Shown here piece after piece: positions 31,062 to 41,292 of a DNA stretch of 64,000 bases. The stretch is from Spirochaetia bacterium. GTDB lineage: Bacteria; Spirochaetota; Spirochaetia; SZUA-6; Bin103. The translations under genes and the position numbers were made by a program. Positions within the stretch are counted from its first letter, which is position 1; the number at the start of each line of letters is the position of its first letter. Below the pieces are notes generated by a model. The model did not search any database and was not told the DNA's origin. It was given only the letters and a program-made list of their open reading frames with translations. Where the stretch lies: positions 1,760,001 through 1,824,000 of the forward strand of contig OZ241907.1 of NCBI GenBank assembly GCA_965203515.1. Direction: 5' to 3'.

Positions 31062-31976
31062 CTAACCCTTGATGGAGCCGATCAGGATCCCCTTGATGAA
31101 GTAGCGCTGCAGGAACGGGTAGACCATCACGATCGGGATGATCGTGACCAGCATGGTCGCGAACTTCAACCCTTCGGGATTGAGATAGTTGTGCCTGGTC
31201 TCATCCTGCAGGGCCGCCATTTCCGCAATGAAGCTGCCCGGGCTGCTCTGCTTGATGAGGCGCAGCAGGATCGACTGCAGCGTCTGCAGTCGATCCGATT
31301 TCGTGAAGTACGCCGTATCGAACCAGGAGTTCCACTGCGTGACGCCGGCGAACAGCGCGATGGCGGCGATCATCGGCATCGATATCGGGAAGTAGATGCG
31401 CAGGAAGATGCGGAAGTAGCCGGCGCCGTCGATGCGCGCCGACTCCTCCAGCGAGACCGGCTGGGCGTTGAAGCCGGTCATCATGATGATGACGTAGAAG
31501 AACGAAAACAGGTTCGGCAGGATGTAGACCAGGAAGTTGTCCAGCATCCCCAGGAGGCGGAAGTTCAGGTAGGTCGGGATCAGACCGCCCGAGAAGAAGA
31601 GCGGGATGGTGAACAGCACCAGATAGACGTTGCGGAACGGCAGGTTGGGCTTGCGCAGGGCGAACGCGCACATGGCGCAGGTGAACGTCGTGGACACGGC
31701 GCCGACCACGGTGCGGAGCGTCGACATCACGAACGCGTTGAACATGCGGTCGTTGGCGACGATCACCTGATAGTTCTTGAGCGTGTAGTTGCCGGGCAGC
31801 AGAAACGCGGGCGTGCCCGTGATCAGCTCGGCGTTCACCGAGTTGATCAGGGAGTACCAGAACGGATAGATGATGGAGATGGTGAGCAGCGCGAGCGGCG
31901 CGTAGATGCCTAGATACATCGCCGGCGTGACTCGTCGGTGGTGCGACAATATGCCCGGTTGCGCTCTGCCGATCAT
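31062..31976 (-). CDS. Carbohydrate ABC transporter permease
   Basis: 'FFSGGLIPTY', EAA loop 'LEESARIDGA', 'YPFLQRYFIKG'; ATGA overlap with the upstream gene. Confidence 0.92.
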   Translation of the reverse strand: MIGRAQPGILSHHRRVTPAMYLGIYAPLALLTISIIYPFWYSLINSVNAELITGTPAFLLPGNYTLKNYQVIVANDRMFNAFVMSTLRTVVGAVSTTFTCAMCAFALRKPNLPFRNVYLVLFTIPLFFSGGLIPTYLNFRLLGMLDNFLVYILPNLFSFFYVIIMMTGFNAQPVSLEESARIDGAGYFRIFLRIYFPISMPMIAAIALFAGVTQWNSWFDTAYFTKSDRLQTLQSILLRLIKQSSPGSFIAEMAALQDETRHNYLNPEGLKFATMLVTIIPIVMVYPFLQRYFIKGILIGSIKG

Positions 31977-32971
31977 CGGAACAGGCCCTTGCCGGTCAGC
32001 CGCCAGCTCACATTGTTGACCGTGATCAGGACCGCCAGATTGATCACCGACTTGAACAGACCCGCGGCGGTCGCGTACGCGTGGCGGCTGTGCTCCAGGC
32101 CGACCCGCACGATCAGCGTGTCGACGATATCCGATACCGAGCGGATGAACGGGGTGCCGAGTATGTAGACCTGATCGAACGTGTCGCCGGTGCCCTCCAT
32201 GATCTGCGAGCACCGCAGGATCAGCAGGATCATGAAGGTGCCGAGCAGGTGCGGCCACGTGATGTGGATCGCCTTCGTCCAGCGTCCGCCGCCGTCGATC
32301 TCGCACGCTTCGTACATCTCCTGATCGATGCCGGCGATCACCGCCAGGTAGATGATCGACGAAAAGCCGACCTCCTTCCAGAAGTCGGACAGGATCAGCA
32401 GCGGCACGAAGAAGCTCCGGTCGTTGATCAAGTCTACCGGCTCGTTCACCAAGCCCAGGGCGAGGAGCAGGGCGTTGAGCGGCGAGGTGGGCGTCGGCCG
32501 CAGGAAGTTGGAGATCATGCCGCCCACCACGACCCAGGAGATGAAGTGCGGCAGATACGACACGGTCTGCGCCGTCTTCTTGAAGCCGCGGTGCGACGTC
32601 TCGTTGAGCATCAGGGCCAGCGCAACCGGCGGCAGCGACAGCAGCCCCAGCTTGAGCACCGATATGACCAGGGTGTTGCGCAGGACCTGGCTGAAGTTGG
32701 GCGCCCTGAAGAAATCGATGAAGTGCTCGAAGCCGCCGTTGTCGGCCCAGGCGCTGGCCCAGATGCCGTCGAAGACGTCGTAGTCCTTGAAGGCGATGAC
32801 GATCCCGTACAGCGGCAGGTATTTGAAGAGGATGGTGGCCAGCAGCGACGGCAGGATCATCAGGTGCAGCACGAGGATGCCGCGGTCGGCCCAGCGCCGC
32901 CGGCGCGCGAGCGGGCCGGCTACGGTCTGTGGAGTCAGTTCGCTTACGGTCTGTGGAGTGAGTCCGCTCAT
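31973..32971 (-). CDS. Carbohydrate ABC transporter permease (LplB-like)
   Basis: 'SYLPHFISWVVV', 'MYEACEIDGG'. Confidence 0.92.
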   Translation of the reverse strand: MSGLTPQTVSELTPQTVAGPLARRRRWADRGILVLHLMILPSLLATILFKYLPLYGIVIAFKDYDVFDGIWASAWADNGGFEHFIDFFRAPNFSQVLRNTLVISVLKLGLLSLPPVALALMLNETSHRGFKKTAQTVSYLPHFISWVVVGGMISNFLRPTPTSPLNALLLALGLVNEPVDLINDRSFFVPLLILSDFWKEVGFSSIIYLAVIAGIDQEMYEACEIDGGGRWTKAIHITWPHLLGTFMILLILRCSQIMEGTGDTFDQVYILGTPFIRSVSDIVDTLIVRVGLEHSRHAYATAAGLFKSVINLAVLITVNNVSWRLTGKGLFR

Positions 32972-32993
32972 CGCGCTCTAATCCGGTCGGAAG

Positions 32994-33026
32994 CGAGAGG
33001 GGCGGCGCGGCGCGCCGCCCCTCTCG
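32994..33026. terminator. GC-rich hairpin between the binding-protein and permease genes
   Basis: CGAGAGGGGCGGCGCG-g-CGCGCCGCCCCTCTCG perfect inverted repeat; typical site for an mRNA-stabilising or attenuating stem. Confidence 0.65.
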
Positions 33027-33050
33027 GGATGTCGTGAAACGGGTCGGACC

Positions 33051-34769
33051 CTACAGGCCGACGCTGTACTTCTGGACGCGCGCGTCGCGTCCTTCCAGCA
33101 CTTCGGTGTACCAGGCGTTGAGCACGTCCAGCCCCAGCTCGCGCATGGTGGCCAGCATCTCGTCGTAGCGCGCCTGCACCTCATCCCCCGGTCCGGAGAT
33201 GATCTCGAAGATCTGGGTGCTGTAGTAGTCCTTGATGGTCGCGGCGACCTTCTCCTCCTCGGAGCCGGCCGGATAGTTGTCGACGCCGCGGTTCCAGGAG
33301 AGGTCCGTGTAGTTGGCGAACGCGGTCTGGTAGATCTGCTTGCCGATGTCGTCGATGAACAGGAAGCCCTGCGCCTCGCCCCAGTACTTGTCCCGGAACG
33401 GATACATGGCGGACAGCCCGTACTCGGCCCGGTAGATCTGCATCGGCTGCTCTGCCGCGACCTTCCGGACTTCGTCCCTGATCAACGGGATGTCCCAACC
33501 GTCCACGGTGTTCGGATCGGAATGGACCCCTTCGAAGCCGTAGATGATGCGCTTCTGGGTCAGATCCTGGGCCAGGTAGTCGAGCCACTGGATCGCCCGG
33601 TCGGGGCGCTCGGCCTGCTTGGTGATCATCGTGCCGCTGCCGCCCACGCCGCCGCGCAGGTCGTCGACCTCGTACTTCATGTGCGGCTCGATCGTGAACG
33701 CCGGCAGCATCCAGTACCGCACGCCATCGACGCCGAGCTTTTCGGCCAACGGCTTGCGCGCCTCGATGAACGTGGGGTTGTTGTGGAAGCCGGAGGCGTT
33801 GTCGGCGTCTTCGTTCAGCTCGGAGAAGACGTTGGTGAGCACGTTGCCCCAGAGCTGCGGCTGCTTGTCCGTGAACTCCGTGCGCGCGATGAGCTGCTCG
33901 TTGAACAGGGTGTTGGCGAACTGCAGCACCTTCACGAAGTCGGGGTGCTCCCAGTACTTGATCCACACGCCGTCGTCCTGCTTGAAGAAGCGCTGGTTGA
34001 GGCCGCCCAGCGGCAGCGACCGCTCCACCAAGCGGGGGTTGCCGTCCTTGTCCGGGGACGGACCGCGCAACGACTGCACGGGCGTCAGCTCCGGGAACTC
34101 CTGCTTCACCCGGCGCAGCAGGTCGACGTAGTCATCGGTGTTGTTGATCTCCGGCGAGCCGAGGTGCTCGTACACTTCCTTGAGCACCGTCACGCCCTGC
34201 ATCGCCTTGAGCAGGAACGGGCTCTCGATCTGCCAGTCCTTCACGTAGTAGGCCGGATGGAAGTAGAAGCCCATGTCGTCGAAGTGCATCCGGTAGTAGA
34301 GGCGGATGCGGCTGTCCCAGTTGTCCATGTACTTGGGCGCGTAGGTCTGGCTCAGTTCGTCCAGGTCCCACACCAGGCCGCGCTGCACGAGCTGGGTGGC
34401 CTGCTGCAGGTTGTGGCTCATCCGTATCATGTCGGGCAGGTCGCCGGAGGCGATCAGCACGTTGAGCATGGTCTGGTCGCTGTCGGGCGCGAAGATCATG
34501 TCGAAGTCGACTCCGGTCTCCTCCAGGAACACGGAGGTGATCTGGTCGTCGCCGTAGTGCTCGTTGAGGTTGCTGTCGCTCCCCGCCATGCCGTCGAAGA
34601 AGAAGGAGAGCGTGATCGGGCTGGTGTCGGTCGTCCAGCTCGGATCGGCGATCATCATCTGCTCGCCGGCCATGGCCGCGCCCCCCTCTTCGGTGCCGGC
34701 GGCCCATGCCGTCATGCTGAGGGTGAGCAGCAGTGCCAGTGCGATCCCCCCCGCGGTCAGCTTTCTCAT
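33051..34769 (-). CDS. ABC transporter extracellular solute-binding protein
   Basis: Signal peptide ending AWA-AG; 'LIASGDLPD'; upstream of two permeases. Confidence 0.9.
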   Translation of the reverse strand: MRKLTAGGIALALLLTLSMTAWAAGTEEGGAAMAGEQMMIADPSWTTDTSPITLSFFFDGMAGSDSNLNEHYGDDQITSVFLEETGVDFDMIFAPDSDQTMLNVLIASGDLPDMIRMSHNLQQATQLVQRGLVWDLDELSQTYAPKYMDNWDSRIRLYYRMHFDDMGFYFHPAYYVKDWQIESPFLLKAMQGVTVLKEVYEHLGSPEINNTDDYVDLLRRVKQEFPELTPVQSLRGPSPDKDGNPRLVERSLPLGGLNQRFFKQDDGVWIKYWEHPDFVKVLQFANTLFNEQLIARTEFTDKQPQLWGNVLTNVFSELNEDADNASGFHNNPTFIEARKPLAEKLGVDGVRYWMLPAFTIEPHMKYEVDDLRGGVGGSGTMITKQAERPDRAIQWLDYLAQDLTQKRIIYGFEGVHSDPNTVDGWDIPLIRDEVRKVAAEQPMQIYRAEYGLSAMYPFRDKYWGEAQGFLFIDDIGKQIYQTAFANYTDLSWNRGVDNYPAGSEEEKVAATIKDYYSTQIFEIISGPGDEVQARYDEMLATMRELGLDVLNAWYTEVLEGRDARVQKYSVGL

Positions 34770-34858
34770 AGGTGTGTTTCCCCCTTGATGAGAGTTGTGT
34801 ATGTGCCGCCATGATGGGCGATCGCGCGCCGCTTGTCAAACCCCGCGGCCGGCGGCGG

Positions 34859-35857
34859 TCAGCCTCTGCCCAGAAAGCGGTCGCGGCCGGCGGCCAGCGC
34901 CCGCAGCTTGCCGTCCGCCGCGGGGCGCGGCAGCATCCGCAGGCCGCAGTCGGGATGCAGGTAGGCGATCCGCTCGGCGCCGACGGTCCGCGCCAGCGCC
35001 TCGATGCGCCGCGCCACCAAGTCCGGCGTCTCGACCTGCAGGTCCTTGACGTCGATCACGCCCAGCCCCAACCGCAGGCCGGCGCGCACCTCGCGCAGGC
35101 GCTCCAGCTCCGCCGGCGCGCGGCGGGTGGTCTCCAGCACCAGGTGGTGGCAGCGCAGCGCGTTCATGAAGTCGATCAGCCGGCCGTAGTCGCCGCGCTG
35201 AAGCGTCTGCCCGCTGTAGTTGCCGAAGCAGAGGTGGACGGCCCGCCGCGCGCCGCGCTCGACCCCCTCCAGCAGCCGGTTGATCGCCGCCGCCGCCAGC
35301 GCGCCGTCGGCGGGCGAGCCGGGCAGGTTCGGTTCGTCGACCTGCACGACCGCGGCGTCGATGCCGGAAAGCTGGCCGGCCAGCAGCTCGGCGAACGCCA
35401 TCGCCAGCGACTGCAGGTCGCCGTAGTGGGCGTCGGCCACGGTCTTGGCCAGCAGGTAGGGGCTCGACACCGTGAACTTGAGCGGCGCGTCCGCGCGGGC
35501 GCGGGCGCGGTCCCAGTCCCGCTTCAGGTTGAGGCGCCCGTCGCCGAGCGGCCCCACCACCACGCCGGGCGGCGCGCTGCGGAACGCCATGTCGCCGCGC
35601 GACCGGTACGCGTCGAGTTGGCCGCGCGTCAGTTCCGCCTCGACCCCTTCCAGGGGCCGCACGAACCGCTCCACCATCCCGCCCGGCGCGCGCCGTTGCA
35701 GATCCCAACGGCCCAGTTCGCCGTCGCCGATCAACTCGATGCCGGCGCGCCGTTGCGCGTCCAGCACCACGGTCAGGGCGTCGTCGAGCGCCTCATCGTC
35801 CGAGCGCTGCTTCAGCCAGTCGGGGACCGGATAGCTGCCGACGACGGTGGTGGTCAC
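34859..35857 (-). CDS. Cobalamin-independent methionine synthase II family (MetE C-terminal-like)
   Basis: 'TTVVGSYPVP', 'GDGE', 'VQVDEP', HLC Zn motif, 'PDCGL'. Confidence 0.88.
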   Translation of the reverse strand: MTTTVVGSYPVPDWLKQRSDDEALDDALTVVLDAQRRAGIELIGDGELGRWDLQRRAPGGMVERFVRPLEGVEAELTRGQLDAYRSRGDMAFRSAPPGVVVGPLGDGRLNLKRDWDRARARADAPLKFTVSSPYLLAKTVADAHYGDLQSLAMAFAELLAGQLSGIDAAVVQVDEPNLPGSPADGALAAAAINRLLEGVERGARRAVHLCFGNYSGQTLQRGDYGRLIDFMNALRCHHLVLETTRRAPAELERLREVRAGLRLGLGVIDVKDLQVETPDLVARRIEALARTVGAERIAYLHPDCGLRMLPRPAADGKLRALAAGRDRFLGRG

Positions 35858-36768
35858 CGGCCGCCGCTCCGCGCCTCCGCCCAGGAGCGGGCCCGCTCGA
35901 CCGATACCGCTCCGTCGTACGCGACGACGCGGACGCCGATCTCCCAGGCATCGCCTTCGGCGACCGACGCCTGGTCGTCCATCGTCGCGTTGAACATCGC
36001 CAGCCCGTAGTCCCGGACGAACCACGGCCCGGTACGGCGATCGTGCGCGGTGTCGTCGAGGATCAGCACGCAGACGCCGAAGCGTCCCAGGCCGGCCGGT
36101 TCCGCCTCGTACGCGACGAAGTCGCGCTCCTTGCCGAACGCCGCCTCGTCCGCGCTGCCGCGATGGACCTCCTCGCCCCGGCCGGCGACGATCCGGCCCC
36201 CGAACGGCGGCAGGAGCTGCGGCTGGACCCGCACCCCCGCCGTGCCGTGCTTGTTGGCTTCGATCCGCAGGTCGCCGTAGGCGGCGGTCTGACGCGAGGT
36301 GACGTCGCACACGGTGGCGTCGGCGACGGCGTACAGGTCGAAGTGACGGGTCTCGTCCAGCACCGGCGCGCCGTCCGAGCCGATCCATGTGCTGCGGTAG
36401 GTGAACCGGTACCCGGTCGGCAGCGGCGTGACCTGGGCGCGGTCGCGATAGCGGATCTGCCCCAGGTCGTTGTAGACCTCCGCGTCGGGGGAGCGCCAGT
36501 CGGGATGCACCACCCAGAAGTTCGACAGCACGCCGCCGCGCACCACCCGCGCCTGCGCCACGAACACGCCGTTGTGGAAGGCGTGATCGAACGGGTACTC
36601 CTGCGTCACGCCGAGTCCGCGCGGGGTATTGAGCGGATAGCACCAGGCGCGCAGGTCGTTGTGGCCGACCCCGCCGAGCAGGCGGCCGGTCGCGGTCTCC
36701 ATGACCATGTTGCCGAGCGCGTCGGCGGTGCCAGCGCGCCGTATCTCGAAGCCGTTCCCAGTACCCAT
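35854..36768 (-). CDS. DUF6807-like beta-sandwich protein (family labelled PmoA-like, not a methane monooxygenase)
   Basis: 'YPLNTP', 'DHAFHNG', 'WFVRDYG'. Confidence 0.65.
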   Translation of the reverse strand: MGTGNGFEIRRAGTADALGNMVMETATGRLLGGVGHNDLRAWCYPLNTPRGLGVTQEYPFDHAFHNGVFVAQARVVRGGVLSNFWVVHPDWRSPDAEVYNDLGQIRYRDRAQVTPLPTGYRFTYRSTWIGSDGAPVLDETRHFDLYAVADATVCDVTSRQTAAYGDLRIEANKHGTAGVRVQPQLLPPFGGRIVAGRGEEVHRGSADEAAFGKERDFVAYEAEPAGLGRFGVCVLILDDTAHDRRTGPWFVRDYGLAMFNATMDDQASVAEGDAWEIGVRVVAYDGAVSVERARSWAEARSGGR

Positions 36769-36862
36769 GCCGGTACGGTGGCGCAGGGCTGCCGCCGCGT
36801 CTACCGTCGGGACCGGATGGCGCGCCGCCGCGGCGCGCGTGCGGTAGACTGCCGGAAACGAC

Positions 36863-39800
36863 ATGGAACCACTGCCACCGATCGACGTCGCCGAACCGGA
36901 GCGGATCGCTGCCCTGACCGAGGCGCCCGACACCGTGAGCTTTCGCGCCGACGCCTCCGAGAATCTGGACGGTCTGGTGCCCGACGTCGGGCTGACCGGC
37001 GCGTACCCCTACCGCAGCGTCTACCGGCCGCGCAGCTTCGCGCGCGCCGGCCTGCCGGCCACCCTGACGCATCGCTTCTGGGACACCATCGACGGCACCG
37101 GCGACCACACCGGCCGGCGCTACGTCGGCGTGGTGATGTACGACCAGCACGGCTTCGACTGCCGGCTGGAGGTGACCCTGGGCGCCGATCCGATCGGCTG
37201 CATGGCGCCGTTCCGGCACGACAATCGGCGCCATCTCTACGTCCTGGACCGCGCCGTCGAGTTCAGGGGAGAGATGGAGGTGTTGCGCATCACCGGTACC
37301 GGCGATGCGTCCTATCGGCTGGAGCGCGTCGTGCTGCTCCGGGAACGGCCGGAGCCGACCGACTACCGGCCGCGCATCGACCGTCTGACCGCGCGCCTGC
37401 GGCGGCGCGCGGACGGCTCGTGGGCGGTCGCCGTCGACGCCGTCACGTGGCCGGCGGCTCGTTGCGAGGTCGCCGTGATCCGCGCCGACACCGGCGAGAC
37501 GGTCGCCGCCGCTGAGGAGGAGGGCGCGCGGAGCCTGCACTCGATCGGCGTGACCGGGGTGCCGGCGCCGCCGGCGGCCGGGTACCGGGCGCGGGTCCGA
37601 GCCGTCGAGGCCGGCGGGCGGCAGGAGACCGCTGACGTGGCCGTGACCGGCGAGCCGGCCGGCGCCGCCGGGGCCGCCGGGCCGGTCTCCGTGCCGATGG
37701 AGCTCTGCAACTTGGCCGACGCCGAGCTGCGCGCGCTGCCGGTCACCTTCGGCGTGCCGGTGCCGCGCGGCCGCTTGACCGGCGCCGTCGAGGGGCGCTG
37801 GGAAGCGGCGGGCGGGGCGGCGCCGGTGCAGTGCCGGCCGCACGGCTTCTGGCCGGACGGATCGGCGAGCTGGGTGCTGGTCGACGGCTGCCTGCCGCAG
37901 CCGGCCGCGCCGCACGCCCGGCTGGCCGGGACGGTGACCCTCACGCCGGCGCCGGCGCCGGGCGTTGCGGCTCCCGCCGGCGGTCTGCGCTGCACGGCCG
38001 CGGCGGACGCGGTGTCGGTGACCGGCGACTCGCTGCGCGTGCGGGTGACCGCCGGCGCGGGCGAGCCGCTGCCGGCGATCGAGACCCGCGCCGGCGGCGG
38101 ACCGTGGCGCGCCGCGCACGCCGGCAGCAGCGCGGCGCTCACCCTGGGCAGCGGCGCGGAGCTCCGCCAGGGGCCGGTCTGCGACCTCTGCCTGGAGGAG
38201 CAGGGGTGGCAGCGCGCCGTGATCCGTTACCGCTTCGCGCATCTCGACCGGGACGGGGTGGCGCACCTGGTCAGCACCGTCCGCGTCCACGTCTACCGCG
38301 GGCTGCAGGCGGTGCGGATCGTGCACCGCCTGCAGGTCAGCTCCCCGCACCTGCCGCCGGCGGCCGGCGGCAGCGTCGATGACATGCCGGCGGACGCCGC
38401 CACCGCGCGCGGAGCGATCGCCGGCGCCGACGGCGAGCAGGCGACCCTGCTGGTGGTGCGCGGCGCGTCGCTGACGATCCGCCGCGCCGGCAACGACCTC
38501 GTGGACTGGCCGGACGGACCGGCCGGCGGCGCCGCGGTCCCGGCGGGCGGCGCCGTGCGGCTGCTCCATGACCACGATCAGGGGTACCGCGTCGAAGACG
38601 GCCGCGCTGCGCGCGAAGCGGCGGGCCGCGTTGCCGGCCACGTCACGGTGCGCACCGCCGCCGGAGCCGGCGCCGGGAACCCGGACGCGGAGCCCTTCAC
38701 CGTGGCGCTGCGCCGCTTCTGGCAGACCTGCCCGCGCGCCGTACGGGTCACCGGCGCCGAGGTCGCGATGGAGCTGCTGCCCGAACCCGGCGGCGCCGCG
38801 CGGCCCGGCGACGCGGAGGCGTGGCACCGCATCGACTTCTGGCTCCGCGAAGACGGCTATCTGCTCAAGGCGGGGATGGCGCTCACCAGCGAGCTGCTGC
38901 TGGCCTGCGGGCCGCGCGACGAAGCGCTGCTCGCCTGGTTCGAGGAGCCGCCGGCGGTGCGCCCGTCGCTCGACTGGCTCAACGGCTGCGGCGTGCTCGG
39001 CCCGCTGGCCGCCAAGGATACCGGCGTGCTGGAGAGCTACGAGCAGGCCGTGGACGGCGGCTATGAGCAGTGGATCGCCGACCGCGACCTCCGGCGCCAA
39101 TACGGATGGGTCAACTTCGGCGACTGGTACGGAGAGAGCGCCTGGTCGTGGGGCAACAATGAATACGACCCGCCGTTCGCGCACTACGGCGAGTTCCTGC
39201 GCGGCGGCGATCCGCGCTGGTTCAGCCTTGCCGCCGAAGCGGCGCGGCACCTGACCGACGTCGACACCATCAACGCCTCCACCGACGCCGATCAGATCGG
39301 CGCTCAGTACACCCACATGCCCGGCCATGCCGGCGGCTACCTGCCGCCGTGGTTTCGCAGCAAGATGGGCGGCTCGAGCAGCGCGCCGTCGCACACCTGG
39401 GTGGAGGGGCCGGCGCTCCACTACCTGCTGACCGGCGACGAGAACCTGCGCGAGTCGCTCGACCGCACCGCCGGCTGGCTGCTCGGCGCCGGCCTCAAGG
39501 ACTTCGCCGGCGGCATCGAGCACTACGACTTCGCCAACTGCCGCGAGTGTGGCTGGCACCTGATCCACCTCACCGCGCTGGCGCGCATGAGCGCCTCGCC
39601 CCGCTACCTCAACGCCGCCGCGTTGATCGTCGCCCGCGTGCTGGAACGGCAGGAGCCGGGCGGCGGCTGGGAGCGCGTGCTCAAGGAGGGTCACTGCGGC
39701 TGCGAGCCACCGCGCGAGCGGGGCGAGGCCGGCTTCATGGTCGGCGTGCTGCTCTCCGGCCTGCGCCGCTACCACGAGCTGACCGGCGACCGGCGGGTCG

Positions 39801-40174
39801 CGGAGGCGATCACGGGCGGGGTGCGCTGGCTGATCCGCCGTACCTACGACGCCGCCAGCGGCCACTTCAGCTATACCCCGTGCCGGCGCCGCGGCGGCGG
39901 CCCGCAACCGGTATACACCCGCCAGGTGATCGAGGGCGTGGCCTACGCGCACGCCCTTACCGGCGACGCCGAACTGCGGGCGATGGTGGAGCGCGGCCTG
40001 CGCGATCTGGGCGATCTGCCGACCGCCTCCCCGGAGGCCGATCACGCCGGCTTCGGCAAGGACTGGGCCAGCCAGACCCGTTACGTCCCTTCGCTGCTGG
40101 CGTACCTCACCCGCCCGCCGGCAGGCGGGCCGTCGGACGGGTCGGCTGGCCGACAGCGCAGCCGGGCGCCGTGA
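36863..40174 (+). CDS. Large glycan lyase/hydrolase-like protein (PcRGLX/YetA-like, C-terminal alpha/alpha toroid)
   Basis: 'PVTFGVPVPRG', 'WPDGSASW', 'YGWVNFGD', 'WGNNEYD', 'DVDTI'. Confidence 0.65.
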   Translation: MEPLPPIDVAEPERIAALTEAPDTVSFRADASENLDGLVPDVGLTGAYPYRSVYRPRSFARAGLPATLTHRFWDTIDGTGDHTGRRYVGVVMYDQHGFDCRLEVTLGADPIGCMAPFRHDNRRHLYVLDRAVEFRGEMEVLRITGTGDASYRLERVVLLRERPEPTDYRPRIDRLTARLRRRADGSWAVAVDAVTWPAARCEVAVIRADTGETVAAAEEEGARSLHSIGVTGVPAPPAAGYRARVRAVEAGGRQETADVAVTGEPAGAAGAAGPVSVPMELCNLADAELRALPVTFGVPVPRGRLTGAVEGRWEAAGGAAPVQCRPHGFWPDGSASWVLVDGCLPQPAAPHARLAGTVTLTPAPAPGVAAPAGGLRCTAAADAVSVTGDSLRVRVTAGAGEPLPAIETRAGGGPWRAAHAGSSAALTLGSGAELRQGPVCDLCLEEQGWQRAVIRYRFAHLDRDGVAHLVSTVRVHVYRGLQAVRIVHRLQVSSPHLPPAAGGSVDDMPADAATARGAIAGADGEQATLLVVRGASLTIRRAGNDLVDWPDGPAGGAAVPAGGAVRLLHDHDQGYRVEDGRAAREAAGRVAGHVTVRTAAGAGAGNPDAEPFTVALRRFWQTCPRAVRVTGAEVAMELLPEPGGAARPGDAEAWHRIDFWLREDGYLLKAGMALTSELLLACGPRDEALLAWFEEPPAVRPSLDWLNGCGVLGPLAAKDTGVLESYEQAVDGGYEQWIADRDLRRQYGWVNFGDWYGESAWSWGNNEYDPPFAHYGEFLRGGDPRWFSLAAEAARHLTDVDTINASTDADQIGAQYTHMPGHAGGYLPPWFRSKMGGSSSAPSHTWVEGPALHYLLTGDENLRESLDRTAGWLLGAGLKDFAGGIEHYDFANCRECGWHLIHLTALARMSASPRYLNAAALIVARVLERQEPGGGWERVLKEGHCGCEPPRERGEAGFMVGVLLSGLRRYHELTGDRRVAEAITGGVRWLIRRTYDAASGHFSYTPCRRRGGGPQPVYTRQVIEGVAYAHALTGDAELRAMVERGLRDLGDLPTASPEADHAGFGKDWASQTRYVPSLLAYLTRPPAGGPSDGSAGRQRSRAP

Positions 40175-41256
40175 ACGCCGGCATCGACGGCTCGCCGCGC
40201 GTCCCGGCGGCCGCCCTGCGGGAGCTTGGCGCCCGCGCGCTGCGCGCCGCCGGGGTACCGGACCGGGACGCGGCGATCGTGGCCGAGGTGATGGTGACCA
40301 ACGAGATGCGCGGCATCAGCCACGGCGTCGCGCTGCTCGCGCCGTATCTTCGACACGTCCGGGCCGGCGGCATGAACGCGGCCCCCCGCATCGCCGTCGA
40401 ACGCGACGTGGGCGCGACGCTGGTGCTGAACGGCGACGCCGGCCTCGGCCCGCTGGTCGCGTATCGGGCCATGGAGCTGGCGATCGAGCGGGCGCGCCGG
40501 CACGGCGTGGCGTTCGTGGTGGCGCGGGACGGCAACAACTTCGCCGCCGCCGGCTACTACGCCAAGATGGCCGCCGACGCCGGCATGGCCGGCGTGGCGA
40601 TGACCAACGCCGACCCGACGATGGCGGTCGCCGGCGGGGCCGGCCGAACGGTCGGCAACAACCCGCTGGCCTGCGCGGTACCGGGCGCCGGCGATCGGGC
40701 GGTCTACCTCGACGTCGCCATGAGCGCCGTGGCCGGTACCAAGCTGGCGATCGCGGCGCGCGAAGGTCGATCGATCCCGGCGGGCTGGGCGCTCGACGCC
40801 GACGGCGCTCCCTCGACCGATCCGGCCGTGATGAAGCGGGGCGGCTCGCTGGTCCCGTTCGGCGGCTACAAGGGCTCCGGGCTGGCGCTGATGATCGAGT
40901 GCCTGACCGGCGTGCTGGGCGGCGCCGCGATCATGGCGGAGATGCGCGACTGGGTACGCGACCCCGCCGGGCGCAGCGACCAGGCGCACAGCTTCATCGC
41001 CGTCGATATCGAGCCGCTGGTGCCGCTGGCCGAGTTCAAGGAGCGCATGGCGCGGTTGACGGGGCAGGTGCGCGGCGCGCCGCGCGCCCCCGGCGTGGAT
41101 CGCATCTATATGCCGGGCGACATCGAGCATGAGCGGGAGCGCGACGCGCTGCGGAACGGCGTGCCGTTGCGCGGCGCCACCGTCGCCGGCCTGCGCGATC
41201 TGGGCGAGCTGGCCGGCCTTGCCGCGGAGGTAGCGGCGCTGCTGGAAGGCGCCTGA
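40171..41256 (+). CDS. Ldh_2 family oxidoreductase (AllD/ComC/YiaK-like)
   Basis: 'GISHG', 'GNNPLA', 'LDVAMS', 'GGYKGSGL'. Confidence 0.9.
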   Translation: MNAGIDGSPRVPAAALRELGARALRAAGVPDRDAAIVAEVMVTNEMRGISHGVALLAPYLRHVRAGGMNAAPRIAVERDVGATLVLNGDAGLGPLVAYRAMELAIERARRHGVAFVVARDGNNFAAAGYYAKMAADAGMAGVAMTNADPTMAVAGGAGRTVGNNPLACAVPGAGDRAVYLDVAMSAVAGTKLAIAAREGRSIPAGWALDADGAPSTDPAVMKRGGSLVPFGGYKGSGLALMIECLTGVLGGAAIMAEMRDWVRDPAGRSDQAHSFIAVDIEPLVPLAEFKERMARLTGQVRGAPRAPGVDRIYMPGDIEHERERDALRNGVPLRGATVAGLRDLGELAGLAAEVAALLEGA

Positions 41257-41292
41257 GACCCGCCGCGGTCGCGGTATCGACGGAGACCGGCT

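Noticed and set aside
32921..32961. 24-bp duplication at the permease N-terminus (LTPQTV x2)
   Set aside because: In-frame, in an unstructured leader; no evident consequence.
35854..36768. Particulate methane monooxygenase
   Set aside because: Soluble beta-rich protein with no transmembrane helices and no pmoB/pmoC neighbours.
34859..40045. 1728-aa minus-strand ORF as a giant protein
   Set aside because: Mostly the antisense shadow of the 36863-40174 gene; only the last ~332 codons (MetE-like) look real.
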